Assembly: GCA_963764165.1 (NCBI GenBank)
Contig: CAVXRD010000002.1
Span: 1,024,001-1,088,000 of the forward strand
DNA length: 64,000 bases
Direction of reading: 5' to 3'
DNA from: an uncultured Verrucomicrobiae bacterium
GTDB taxonomy: Bacteria > Verrucomicrobiota > Verrucomicrobiia > Limisphaerales > Palsa-1400
The notes under the pieces are model-generated. The model saw only the letters and a program-made list of their open reading frames with translations, was not told the DNA's origin and did not search any database. Positions 49,093-58,704 of the stretch are shown one piece after another. The translations under genes and the position numbers were made by a program. The number at the start of each line of letters is the position of its first letter. Position 1 is the first letter of the stretch.

Positions 49093-49151
49093 GCGCTCAA
49101 TTGTAGCTCATCCGTGCGCTCGGTCAAGTTTCACAAAAAGGGAAGCCTTAT

Positions 49152-50117
49152 TCAATCCAACCCGGCTGCCAATCGTGCTCGCGCCAGGACTTTTCTGGCC
49201 AGCGCTCGCGCTTTTTCCGCGCTTTCGGCGAGGATGGATTCGACGTGATTCGGATTGGCCGCGAGTTCGGCGCGGCGGGCGCGGGCGGTGGCGAAGTAAT
49301 TCCAATAGTGCTCGAATAGGGATTTCTTCAAATCACCGTAGCCTAATCCGCCGGCTCGCAGACGATCCTCGATGCTCTTGGCTTCTTCTGTCGGGGCGAG
49401 GAGTTTGAGCAATTGGACGGCGATGTTTTTGTCCGCGTCGGGTTTTGGCTCCTGCGGGGTGCGGCTGTCCATGACGAGACCCATGATTTTTTTGCGGAGC
49501 GGTTTCTCCTCGCCGAAAATTTCGATGGTGTTGCCATAGCTCTTGCTCATTTTCTGTCCGTCGGTGCCCGGCACGAGAGCCGTTTCGTCTCGGATGCGCG
49601 GTTCCGGAATGATAAACGTCTGACCGTAAGTCTCGTTGAACTTGATGGCCATGTCGCGCGTCACTTCGACGTGCTGTTTCTGGTCGCGGCCGACGGGGAC
49701 GATATTCGAGTCATATATAAGAATATCCGCCGCCATCAAAACAGGATAAGCAAAGATGCCGTGATTGGCGGGAATGCCGCGCGCCACCTTGTCCTTGTAA
49801 CTGGTGCAGCGCTCCAATAATCCCATCGGCGTAAGCGTCGTCAGCATCCACGCCAATTCGGTCACTTCCGGGACGTCGGATTGGCGGAAGAGCAGGGCTC
49901 TTTTCGGATCGAGGCCGCAGGCGAGAAAATCGAGCGCGACATCCCATGAAAACTGGCGGCGCTTGACTGGATCGGTCAGCGACGTCATCGAATGATAATT
50001 GGCAATGAAGTAGAGCGCCTCGCCTTGCTCCTGCAATTCGATGGCGGGCTTCATCATGCCGAAATAATTCCCCAGGTGCAGCGCGCCAGAGGGTTGGATG
50101 CCGGATAAAATGCGCAT
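49152..50117 (-). CDS. trpS: Tryptophan--tRNA ligase
   Basis: SGIQPSG..HLGNY, YPVLMAADIL, VPVGRDQKQH, KMSKS. Confidence 0.98.
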   Translation of the reverse strand: MRILSGIQPSGALHLGNYFGMMKPAIELQEQGEALYFIANYHSMTSLTDPVKRRQFSWDVALDFLACGLDPKRALLFRQSDVPEVTELAWMLTTLTPMGLLERCTSYKDKVARGIPANHGIFAYPVLMAADILIYDSNIVPVGRDQKQHVEVTRDMAIKFNETYGQTFIIPEPRIRDETALVPGTDGQKMSKSYGNTIEIFGEEKPLRKKIMGLVMDSRTPQEPKPDADKNIAVQLLKLLAPTEEAKSIEDRLRAGGLGYGDLKKSLFEHYWNYFATARARRAELAANPNHVESILAESAEKARALARKVLARARLAAGLD

Positions 50118-50224
50118 GTGGCGAAATTAAACGAAGTTGCCGCCTTCGGCGCAAGCCAGAGCATATAAAAATTCCGCGCTTAATAGCGGTGGCCGGCGAT
50201 TTGGCGACGAAGCGGAAACCGCGG

Positions 50225-51559
50225 CTAGAACGCCGCAGAATGACGCGCTTCGCGGCTTGCTCTCCCGGTCTTGGCTGCGCGTGACGCAATTAAGTTGGAG
50301 ACGGGCGTGCATGCTTCAGGCGCCACCGTAAAGAAGAAAGTGGCCCCAGCCTGCGGCGCCGATTCCGCCCAGATACGCCCCCCATGCTTCTGTATGATGC
50401 GGTGCGACGTCGTCAGCCCGATGCCGGTGCCCTCGAAATCGCGGGCATTATGAAGGCGCTGAAATGCGGTGAAAAGCTTGTCCTTGTACTGCATGTCGAA
50501 CCCAACGCCGTTGTCTTTGATTGAATAGGCCGTGCATCCCGTTTCGGCCGGCGTGACAGCCGAAATGGCGATCACAGAGCAATTGCGTTTCCGGCTGTAT
50601 TTAAGAGCGTTTCCGAGCAAATTAATGAGAACCTGGCGGAGGAGGACGGGATCCGCCTGGCACGAAGGAAGTTTGCCAATCGTGACCTCCATGGGCCGGT
50701 CGCCGAGTTCCAGTTTCATTTGCGCAAGCACCTCGCGCCACATTTGCCCGATATCCACGAGTTGAAGCGTCAGCGGCGTTTTGCCCAGGCGGGAGAATTC
50801 CAGCAGCGCGTCGATGAGGCGCCCCATTTTTCTGACTTCATCGACTATCTTGCTAAGGGAATCGCGGCCCTCCTGCGGCAATTGCGGGCCGTGGACATCG
50901 ATCATCTGCTGGGAAAATCCGAGGACCGCGCGCAAGGGCGCCTTCAAATCATGTGAAATGGAAAATTCGAAAGCCTGAAGTTCCTGATTCGCATCCATTA
51001 ATTCCCGTGTTCGCTGCTCCACCCGGCACTCCAAGTCAGCCGCATGCTCTTGGACCTGGGCATACAAGAGCGCCATCTCCTTCTGGCTGGCGGCCCGCCG
51101 GGCTTCTGTCATGTCGGTCACCACCATGCCAATAGTTGCGTGCGCAGAATCGCTCTTCGCCAGCGAGCGAATGGAGAGCTGCGCCGGAATTTGCGAGCCG
51201 TCGGAAGCCATCAAAAACGCCTGGCATTTGGAGCCGGACTTGCCAGCTTCCGTGAGGATTGGATGGAGGGTTGACCGCTCTTCGGCGGCGAGAAAACGCC
51301 CAAACGAACTTCCAATCACTTTCTCCAGCGGGCATTTGACCATTCGGGCGAAACACTGATTGGCGTAGAGAATCGTTTCATCCGCCGTCAGCGTGAGCGC
51401 CCCTTCGTTCATGGATTCGATCAACACGCGGTAGGCATGCTCGCTGCCTTCCAGTGTGAACACATGGGTGCCGTGATCGCCCGCCACCACCATCGTATCC
51501 ACTTCGCCCGTGCGGATGGCGTGGAGGGTTTCCTCGGCTTCGGCCAGGCGCAGGTTCAC
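50225..51559 (-). CDS. Cytoplasmic PAS sensor histidine kinase (true start may be ~51619)
   Basis: AEETLHAIRTGEVD, PAS ILYANQ, SHDLKAPL, NLLGNALKY, DNGVG, GTGIGL. Confidence 0.92.
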   Translation of the reverse strand: MNLRLAEAEETLHAIRTGEVDTMVVAGDHGTHVFTLEGSEHAYRVLIESMNEGALTLTADETILYANQCFARMVKCPLEKVIGSSFGRFLAAEERSTLHPILTEAGKSGSKCQAFLMASDGSQIPAQLSIRSLAKSDSAHATIGMVVTDMTEARRAASQKEMALLYAQVQEHAADLECRVEQRTRELMDANQELQAFEFSISHDLKAPLRAVLGFSQQMIDVHGPQLPQEGRDSLSKIVDEVRKMGRLIDALLEFSRLGKTPLTLQLVDIGQMWREVLAQMKLELGDRPMEVTIGKLPSCQADPVLLRQVLINLLGNALKYSRKRNCSVIAISAVTPAETGCTAYSIKDNGVGFDMQYKDKLFTAFQRLHNARDFEGTGIGLTTSHRIIQKHGGRIWAESAPQAGATFFFTVAPEACTPVSNLIASRAAKTGRASREARHSAAF

Positions 51560-51615
51560 CTCAGCCAGCTTTAGGGCCGGCAGTTGACGCGATGATGTCT
51601 TGGGCTTGGCCGCTT

Positions 51616-51954
51616 TCAGAGGGTGGCCTTTGGTTTCGCAGCCAATTCGAGCTCGGCGGAAATGCCGGAAGTGATGAGCAGGTTGCCGATGAACCGGCGC
51701 GCTGGCCGGGGGAGTTCCTTGATGAGCGTGGGCGTCGCAACAATTTGGTTGTCACGCGCCAGCCCGGGCTGTTGGTAAATATCAATCACTTCCAGCGTGC
51801 AAATGTCTTTCAATTCCGCCTCGCAAAGCTCCCGGGCGCGGAGGATGGCTTGATGAGACCGGGCCGTGGCTCCCGCGACAAAAAGCCGCAAGACGTATTT
51901 CGCCGTCGCCGGTGCGGCGGGAGCTTTCTTGGAGCTGCTCTTTTTTTTAGTCAT
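51616..51954 (-). CDS. kaiB: Circadian clock protein KaiB homolog
   Basis: YVLRLFVAG, LEVIDIYQQP.LA...IVATPTLIKELP.P.RRFIGNL. Confidence 0.95.
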   Translation of the reverse strand: MTKKKSSSKKAPAAPATAKYVLRLFVAGATARSHQAILRARELCEAELKDICTLEVIDIYQQPGLARDNQIVATPTLIKELPRPARRFIGNLLITSGISAELELAAKPKATL

Positions 51955-52028
51955 GCGTGATGGGCTTGGTTATTCGGATCGCCTGGTGCGGGAAAGCGAG
52001 GCGCGCCGAATCGCCGTTTTGGTTTTGA

Positions 52029-53804
52029 TCATAAAGTTCTCTTCAGCCTCCCATTGGCCGGCGCGTTGCCCCCGAGCGTCGAATCCGCCTGGCGCAAAAT
52101 GCCTAACGCCGCCCGCTCCGTGCTCAAGAGCAGATTTCGGGTTCCAACCTGTTCGGCAATGCGCCCCATTTCCACTGCCTCCGTTTCGTAATCGGCGCGC
52201 AGCGAGCTTATATGCCGTTCGAGCGCGTCGCGTTTGCGCTCCATCTCTCGCTTGAGCTTCGCGGCTTCCTGCTGGCTGGACAGCAAGGCGGCTTTTTCCA
52301 AAGCTCCTTGCGCGGCGCGGGCCGATCCGGTCAACACCCCACTGGCTCCGATATAGGCGTCGACCACGTCAATGCCGCGTCCAGAAATCAGGAATTCACG
52401 GATCTGGTTCGAGTGCGCCATGCCACGCGCCTTGAGCACGTAGAGCACGCGATTGCGTTCGCCATTGCCCTCGAAATCCTGCAGCAAAATCCATGCGTCC
52501 ATCAATGAGGACATTCCCGCTTCACTTTGTTGCAAAACATTGCCGGTGCCATGCGTAAGACTCGTGAACAGCGAAGTGGTTTGCCCCGCCTTCAGGTAAT
52601 CGATCAGCCGTGTCACCATTCCCCTGCCCTCAGAGGAGGTGCCGAGATCCATCAGGCTGGTGATCGGATCGACAATGACGACCTGCGGCTGAAATGCGGC
52701 AATCTCCTTGAACATGGTGGCCAGATGCAGCTCCAAGCCGCAAAGCGATGGCCGCGCCGAATGAAATCGCAGCAGGTTTCGCTTGATCAGCGGCTCCAGG
52801 CTGAGCCCGATCGAATGCATGTTGCGGACAATCTGGTTGGGCGACTCCTCGAATGAAAAGTAAAGCACGCGTTCTCCGCGCCGGGCTGCGGCATGGGCGA
52901 AGTTGGAGGAAATGATGGTCTTGCCGGTGCCGGCGGTGCCCGAAAGCAAAATGCTGCTGCCGCGAAAAAAACCCTTCCCGCCCAGCATCGCGTCCAGCCT
53001 TGGAACGCCAGTTGCAATCCGCTCGGTGGAAACCTTGTGGTTCAACGCCAGCGAGGTGATCGGCAGGACGCTCAGGCCCTCTTCGCCGATGAGAAATGGA
53101 AATTCATTGGTTCCGTGCGATGCGCCGCGATATTTCACCACCCGCAAATGCCGCGTGGCAATCTGGTCGCTGACCCGATGATCGAGCATGATGACGCAAT
53201 CGGACACATATTCTTCCAACCCGTTGCGCGTCAGTTGTTCGCGTCCTCGTTCCGCCGTGATGACGGCAGTCACCCCTTTGTCCTTAAGCCAGCGGAAGAG
53301 CCGCCGCAATTCGCTCCGCAGGATGGCTTCGTTGGGCAGGCTGGCAAACAGCACTTCCAGCGTGTCCAGCACCACGCGCTTGGCGCCAATGGAATCAATG
53401 GCGTGATTTAGCCGGACGAACAACCCTTCCAAATCAAACTCGCCGCTCTCCTCGATTTCACTGCGATCAATGTGGACATAATCAAGCAGCATTTTCTTGC
53501 GCCGAACCAGGTCCGCCAGATTAAATCCAAGAGACGCGACATTGGCCTCCAGCTCCGCTTCTGTCTCCTCGAACGCCATGAACACACCCGGCTCGTCAAA
53601 TTGGGTGGCGCCGCGCACAAGAAATTCCGCGGATAAAAGAGTCTTGCCACAGCCCGCGCCGCCGCAGACCAAAGTGGGCCGCCCGCGCGGCAGTCCACCA
53701 CCGGTGATTTCATCCAGCCCTTGGATGCCCGTGGGGCACTTGGGCAATTGAACAGCCGCCGAGACGGGTTTACTACCGTTGGTCTGATGTAAGGGGGTTC
53801 TCAA
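52029..53804 (-). CDS. kaiC: Circadian clock protein KaiC homolog
   Basis: Two RecA-like domains (GGAGCGKT, GTAGTGKT), EEYVSD, KYRG, SSLMD, KARGMAHSNQIREF. Confidence 0.96.
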   Translation of the reverse strand: MRTPLHQTNGSKPVSAAVQLPKCPTGIQGLDEITGGGLPRGRPTLVCGGAGCGKTLLSAEFLVRGATQFDEPGVFMAFEETEAELEANVASLGFNLADLVRRKKMLLDYVHIDRSEIEESGEFDLEGLFVRLNHAIDSIGAKRVVLDTLEVLFASLPNEAILRSELRRLFRWLKDKGVTAVITAERGREQLTRNGLEEYVSDCVIMLDHRVSDQIATRHLRVVKYRGASHGTNEFPFLIGEEGLSVLPITSLALNHKVSTERIATGVPRLDAMLGGKGFFRGSSILLSGTAGTGKTIISSNFAHAAARRGERVLYFSFEESPNQIVRNMHSIGLSLEPLIKRNLLRFHSARPSLCGLELHLATMFKEIAAFQPQVVIVDPITSLMDLGTSSEGRGMVTRLIDYLKAGQTTSLFTSLTHGTGNVLQQSEAGMSSLMDAWILLQDFEGNGERNRVLYVLKARGMAHSNQIREFLISGRGIDVVDAYIGASGVLTGSARAAQGALEKAALLSSQQEAAKLKREMERKRDALERHISSLRADYETEAVEMGRIAEQVGTRNLLLSTERAALGILRQADSTLGGNAPANGRLKRTL

Positions 53805-54003
53805 CAGGAATAAAATATATGGGTCAGGTTTTCCTCATATGGGGTGTGCGCCCACCAAGTCGAGGCATCCGATAGAACAGTGCGAACCTGGAACTCTCGA
53901 ACTCAGCAAATCTCCGAAAACCGCCGCAGGTTTGCCGTTCGCCTTTGGGCATTTCCTTGCATCGCGCCCTTGTCATTCTGGCAAATGTGGTTAATCTTGC
54001 CCC

Positions 54004-54981
54004 ATGCTGAAAAAGTGTGTGAGCCTGCTTTTGCTGCTCGGTTGCGTCCCGGCCCATGCCGCGACGGTCGAGTTGAAGGGCAAGGCTTCCGTTACGGGAA
54101 CGATTTTGGCGGAAAAGAAGGACGAACTGATTCTCGATATCGGTTACACCGTCCTGATGATTCCCCGCAATCAAATCATCAAAATTCTGCATGACAACGA
54201 GGCCGCCGCCAGGAGCACGGCGCCCGCGGCTCAGGTTTCCCAGCCTTATTCATCGGATAGCTCGGTCGCCGCAACCTCGGGATTTTACCACGCGGGCAAC
54301 GGTTCCGGCCCGGAACAGAACGTTCGCGACCTGGTTAATGCCATTGGCGCGGCGGTCGTGCAGGTTCGGACGCCCGGTGGGCTTGGTTCCGGGTTCTTCA
54401 TTAATCCGGACGGCTATTTGATCACGGATTTTCACGTGGTCGAAGGCGAAACTCAAATTTCAGTCGAGGTTTATGGCTACAAAGACGGCCATCTCGAGCG
54501 CCGCTCCTACAAGCAAGTCCGCTTCGTCGCCTTGAATAAATTCGGCGATCTGGCCCTGCTGCACATCGAAGACAAAGATGCGCCGAAGTTCACCTGGGTG
54601 CCGCTGGGGGAATCTGACAAGCTCTCGGTCGGCGACCACGTTTTTGCCATCGGCAGCCCGCTCGGTTTGGAGCGCACGGTGACTGAGGGCATTCTCAGCA
54701 CCAAGACGCGGGAAGTGGAAGGCGGCCTTTACCTGCAAACCTCCGCCCAGATCAATCCGGGCAACAGCGGCGGGCCCTTGTTCAATTTGCGCGGCGAAGT
54801 CGTCGGCGTGACGAATATGAAATTGACCTTCGGCGAAGGCCTGGGATTCGCCATTCCAGCCGAGTTTGTCAAATACTTTTTGAATCATCGCGATGCCTTC
54901 GCGTATGACAACGATAACCCCATCAGCCCCTATCGCTATCTCGAGCCGCCCAGCCGCGTCAAAAAGGCCGCGGCCGAATAA
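54004..54981 (+). CDS. Secreted trypsin-like (S1C) serine protease
   Basis: GSGFF, TDFHVV, DLALL, INPGNSGGPL. Confidence 0.92.
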   Translation: MLKKCVSLLLLLGCVPAHAATVELKGKASVTGTILAEKKDELILDIGYTVLMIPRNQIIKILHDNEAAARSTAPAAQVSQPYSSDSSVAATSGFYHAGNGSGPEQNVRDLVNAIGAAVVQVRTPGGLGSGFFINPDGYLITDFHVVEGETQISVEVYGYKDGHLERRSYKQVRFVALNKFGDLALLHIEDKDAPKFTWVPLGESDKLSVGDHVFAIGSPLGLERTVTEGILSTKTREVEGGLYLQTSAQINPGNSGGPLFNLRGEVVGVTNMKLTFGEGLGFAIPAEFVKYFLNHRDAFAYDNDNPISPYRYLEPPSRVKKAAAE

Positions 54982-55005
54982 GCCAACCATTTCAATTCCA
55001 AACCC

Positions 55006-56886
55006 ATGAGAAAATCTTCACGATTCGCGCTGGCCATTGGGCTGGCGGCGGCGATTTGCGCACAAGTCCGGGCCGCCGTTCCTCCGCCCGACAAATTGCT
55101 TCCCAAGGACACGATGCTGGTGCTGACCGCGCCGGATTGGTCCAAGGGCACGATGTTCTCGAGCAATCAGCCGTTCGCCAAGATGTGGCGCGACCCGGCG
55201 ATGAAGCCGTTCCGCGACAAGTTCGTGGACAAGCTGGAAACCTCCGTGGTCGGGCCACTGGAAAAGTCTCTCGGCTTCAAGCTGGCGGATTACATGGGGC
55301 TGGCCAACGGGCAAGTGACGTTCGCCGTCATCCCAGTGACGCCAAAGAGCGCGTCCGACGCGCCGCTGGCGCTCGTGTTCCTGATGGAATCCAAGGACCA
55401 CGCCGCCGATCTAAAGTCCAAGCTCGCGGATATTACCAAGAAATGGACGGACGCGAGCAAGCCGCTCAAATCCGAAAAGATCCGCTCCTCCGAGTTTAAC
55501 ACATTCTTCATTTCGCAGGACGATCTTTCGATGTCGAAAATTTTCCCGGGCGCGAAAGAAGAGGATGCCGCCGCGCCTTCCACCAACAAAATCGCGCTGA
55601 CCATCGGCCAGTCGGACACGCTGCTGGTGGTTTCGACTTCGCCGGAAGCCGTCGACAAGATTTTGGGCCGCCAGAGTGGCGGGATGATTCCGGCGCTGGA
55701 GGAATCACCGCAATTTGCGGCGGATTACGGCGCCCGCCTGCGCGAATCGCCCGCTTATTTCTGGATGAACTCGAAGGGAGCGGTCGAATTGCTCGCCAAA
55801 GCTGCCGCGGCGGGCGACGATTCAGGCAACAGCCCATTTCATCTTGACACGATTATTGGCGCGCTGGGATTGAGCACTTTGAATTCCGTTTCGCTGGCCT
55901 ACAAGACGTATCCCGAAGGCGAAGGGACGCAATTTTTCATGGCCATGCCGCAGGACAAGCGCCCGCCGCTTTTGAAAATGCTGATCGCGGACGCGAAGGA
56001 TTCCTCGCCGCCCAGCTTCGTGCCGGCGGACGCCGTCAAGTTCACACGCTGGCGCTTGAACATTCAGCGCAGTTGGAAAACGCTGCAAGACATGTTGAAC
56101 GACGTTGTCCCGCCGCAAATCATGGCCCAGATCAACATGGTCTTCGGCATGGCCGGCAAGGACAAGGACGAGAAATATGATTTGAAGGCCGAGCTGCTCG
56201 ATAATATGGGTGATGACATCATCACGTATTCCAAGGCGCCGAAAGGCCACACCTTCGCGGATCTCAAGGAGCAGCCTTCGATCATCCTGCTTTCCTCGCC
56301 CAACCCCGACAGGCTCGTCGCGGCCGTCAAGGTTGTGCTTTCGATACCGCTTCAGGGAGCGCCCATCGCTGAACGCGAATTTCTTGGACGCAAAATTTAC
56401 AGCATTTCCAGCCCGGCGGTTGAAGGCAAGGCCGCATCCCCCATGGTGAGTTTTACCGCCAGCGGCGGATACCTGGCTGTCTCGTCGGACAACGGCATCC
56501 TGGAGGAATTCATCCGCAGCGGCGACAGCAAAGGCAAATCTCTGAGCGATATGCCCGGTCTGGCGGACGCCGCGCAGAAGGTGGGCGGAATGGGGACGGG
56601 ATTGTTCGGTTTCGAGAACGATGTCCAGACGATGCGTTTCGTCTATGAAACGCTTCGCACGCAGCCCTTCAACATGACGGAGCTGATGGGGACAACTCTT
56701 CCACCGGGATTGCCCATGATGGACTCCGTGGGCAAGACAGTTAATGAATGGTTGGATTTCACATTGCTTCCACCATTTGATGCCGTCTCCAAATACTTCC
56801 ACTTCACGGTATACAGCGGAGTTTCATCACCGGAAGGCTATGCGCTAAAAGGATTCTCGCCTTCCCCGCCCAAATCACGGCAGTAG
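55006..56886 (+). CDS. Secreted hypothetical protein (DUF3352-like)
   Basis: Signal peptide; LLPKDT and FVPADA starts of two repeated halves. Confidence 0.75.
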   Translation: MRKSSRFALAIGLAAAICAQVRAAVPPPDKLLPKDTMLVLTAPDWSKGTMFSSNQPFAKMWRDPAMKPFRDKFVDKLETSVVGPLEKSLGFKLADYMGLANGQVTFAVIPVTPKSASDAPLALVFLMESKDHAADLKSKLADITKKWTDASKPLKSEKIRSSEFNTFFISQDDLSMSKIFPGAKEEDAAAPSTNKIALTIGQSDTLLVVSTSPEAVDKILGRQSGGMIPALEESPQFAADYGARLRESPAYFWMNSKGAVELLAKAAAAGDDSGNSPFHLDTIIGALGLSTLNSVSLAYKTYPEGEGTQFFMAMPQDKRPPLLKMLIADAKDSSPPSFVPADAVKFTRWRLNIQRSWKTLQDMLNDVVPPQIMAQINMVFGMAGKDKDEKYDLKAELLDNMGDDIITYSKAPKGHTFADLKEQPSIILLSSPNPDRLVAAVKVVLSIPLQGAPIAEREFLGRKIYSISSPAVEGKAASPMVSFTASGGYLAVSSDNGILEEFIRSGDSKGKSLSDMPGLADAAQKVGGMGTGLFGFENDVQTMRFVYETLRTQPFNMTELMGTTLPPGLPMMDSVGKTVNEWLDFTLLPPFDAVSKYFHFTVYSGVSSPEGYALKGFSPSPPKSRQ

Positions 56887-56909
56887 CCAGACGCCGATGG
56901 GTTCTGAAG

Positions 56910-57005
56910 TTAAACGGGAGGAAAACCGAGAGAACAGAGGAAAACGTCTTTTGCCCGACGACAATGTGTTTTTCTCTCCGTTACCTCGGTCTTGCTCCTG
57001 TGAAA
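56910..57005. repeat. Gene-less inverted pair of AACAGGAG-type repeats
   Basis: TTAAACGGGAGGAAAACCGAGAGAACAGAG and CTCCGTTACCTCGGTCTTGCTCCTGTGAAA. Confidence 0.75.
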
Positions 57006-57189
57006 ATGGCTTTTCATTCCGGGTGGTGGACGCAGTCCATGAAAACTCCTGTGCAAATTTTTGTTTGTTGCTCGTGGGCGTCGGGAAGTGTTAAACCGCC
57101 GCTGCAGGTTGCGGATTTGCCGTCCACCTTTATGTTGGCAGAAAACGAGTCGTCTCGTTTCTCGACTTAACACAACGAACTAAATAATT

Positions 57190-57651
57190 ATGAGCACACC
57201 TGCTATCAGCGCCCCCGATCTCACCCAGCGTCCGCCCCGCAGCGTCCGCGTCCGCCTCGGCGGTTATGCCGGGCTTCCTCGCATGATCGACAAGGGCCGC
57301 GCCACCATCATCGGCAAAAACGGCGAATACCACTTCGACTGCCCGCTGGATAAGCGCGTCCTCAGCTTCATCGGCGTCGAAGCCGAAGCGTTGAAGGCCG
57401 AACTGGCCGCCGGAAAAGGCGACGGCGAAATCCTCGAGTGGATCAACGCCAATTCGAAAACGAAACCTTCCGAATGGGAAACCACGCAATGGTCCGCCTA
57501 CATGGAAAATCGCGGCCCCGGCAGCGATCCTGAAACCCTTGGCTACTTCACCAACATGCTCAGCAGCCTCACCAAGACCCGCGAAGACATCAGCAGTTGG
57601 GCCGATCTGCTTGACTTGGACGACTACGTCAGCTTCGGTGGCAAAGCCTGA
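57190..57651 (+). CDS. DUF5069 domain protein
   Basis: DLTQRPPRS..LPRMIDKGRA..GEYHFDCPLD..LDLDD. Confidence 0.85.
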   Translation: MSTPAISAPDLTQRPPRSVRVRLGGYAGLPRMIDKGRATIIGKNGEYHFDCPLDKRVLSFIGVEAEALKAELAAGKGDGEILEWINANSKTKPSEWETTQWSAYMENRGPGSDPETLGYFTNMLSSLTKTREDISSWADLLDLDDYVSFGGKA

Positions 57652-57720
57652 TCGATTAGATTCGTTTATTTGACAATGCCTCCGCGCCGAAGGGATGCGT
57701 TCAGCGTGGGCGCCGAGCGC

Positions 57721-57813
57721 GACATCCCGACAAGTCGGGACGTGTGCTCCCCAATCCCAGATTCCGGGGAGCGCACGCGCCCGCGTGCAGCGGGACGCGC
57801 CTCGCGTCCCGCA
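57721..57813. repeat. REP-like palindromic cluster (GGAGCGCACGC type)
   Basis: CGTGTGCTCCCC / GGGGAGCGCACG inverted pair plus GCGGGACGCG/CGCGTCCCGC hairpin between convergent genes. Confidence 0.65.
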
Positions 57814-57826
57814 TCTTCGTCGCGGA

Positions 57827-58666
57827 TCACTCGCGCGTTACCGTTCCTTCGATCAATCCGTGCGGCTCGTCGGTTGGGAGGAAAATCTGGTTCTTGTTTT
57901 CCAATCCAAATGGCGACAGGTTCACGAGCAGGCAATGCTTGTTCGGCATCGCGATTTGCACCGATTCGATTTCTCCCACCGCCTTCAACGCGGCCTCACC
58001 CATCTGGAACAGCGTCACTTGCGCCGAGGGGCTGTAGGTTTCAGCGAAGACTTTCAACATGGCATCCAAAATTTGGAAGTTTGAGTGGCTAAAAAGGGCC
58101 GGCCTGCCGCGATAGGCCCAGGTGGCTTTCATTTGCGTGGCGAAGATTCGGTCACGCGTCTCAGGCAGCGTTGTGTATTTGTCTTTGGAAAATCCTTCAA
58201 AGCCCGATTCCGTGCTCTTCAATATCACTAAATCCTCCACGCCGGAACGAATCTCCATTTTCCCTTTCGCCGCGCAAACTTCGGCAAAGGGGCGCGCGGG
58301 GCCGGATTCGGTGAAGCTGTGCGCGTGCGGTCTGCCTTCGAAACTCATTCTTTGCCATGAACGCTCTGTCAAACGAATCGTGGCGCGGGAAACCTGGGCG
58401 TAGGTTTTCACAAAATGTTCGGCGAGATAAATGCCGAACTCTTCCGTCTCCTGCCTCAAGTGCTCAAGCGCCAAAGCCTGCACGGTGTTTTTCATCGTAT
58501 CGGTGGGAACGACCCGGCTGTTGTCGGACTTGGTGTAAGACGCTTCGAAATCGCCTTCCAATTTCACGGCGACGATGAGCTCTTTGACGGTGTGACGGTC
58601 GCCGGAGCGGAGGATTTTCATCACCCGGACGCGGGCTTTTCCATAGGAAGAATGGATAAGTTTCAT
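57827..58666 (-). CDS. pucL: Factor-independent urate oxidase (uricase)
   Basis: YGKARV, VPTDTMKNTV, LKSTESGFEGF, TTLPETRDR, YSPSAQ, MPNKH, PHGLIEG. Confidence 0.95.
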   Translation of the reverse strand: MKLIHSSYGKARVRVMKILRSGDRHTVKELIVAVKLEGDFEASYTKSDNSRVVPTDTMKNTVQALALEHLRQETEEFGIYLAEHFVKTYAQVSRATIRLTERSWQRMSFEGRPHAHSFTESGPARPFAEVCAAKGKMEIRSGVEDLVILKSTESGFEGFSKDKYTTLPETRDRIFATQMKATWAYRGRPALFSHSNFQILDAMLKVFAETYSPSAQVTLFQMGEAALKAVGEIESVQIAMPNKHCLLVNLSPFGLENKNQIFLPTDEPHGLIEGTVTRE

Positions 58667-58704
58667 ATCGCTTTGCCGATGCTGGCGGCTATCGTAAAGA
58701 GGTT

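Noticed and set aside
57005..57189. Riboswitch upstream of the DUF5069 gene
   Set aside because: Small hairpins present but no consensus of any riboswitch class I can recognise
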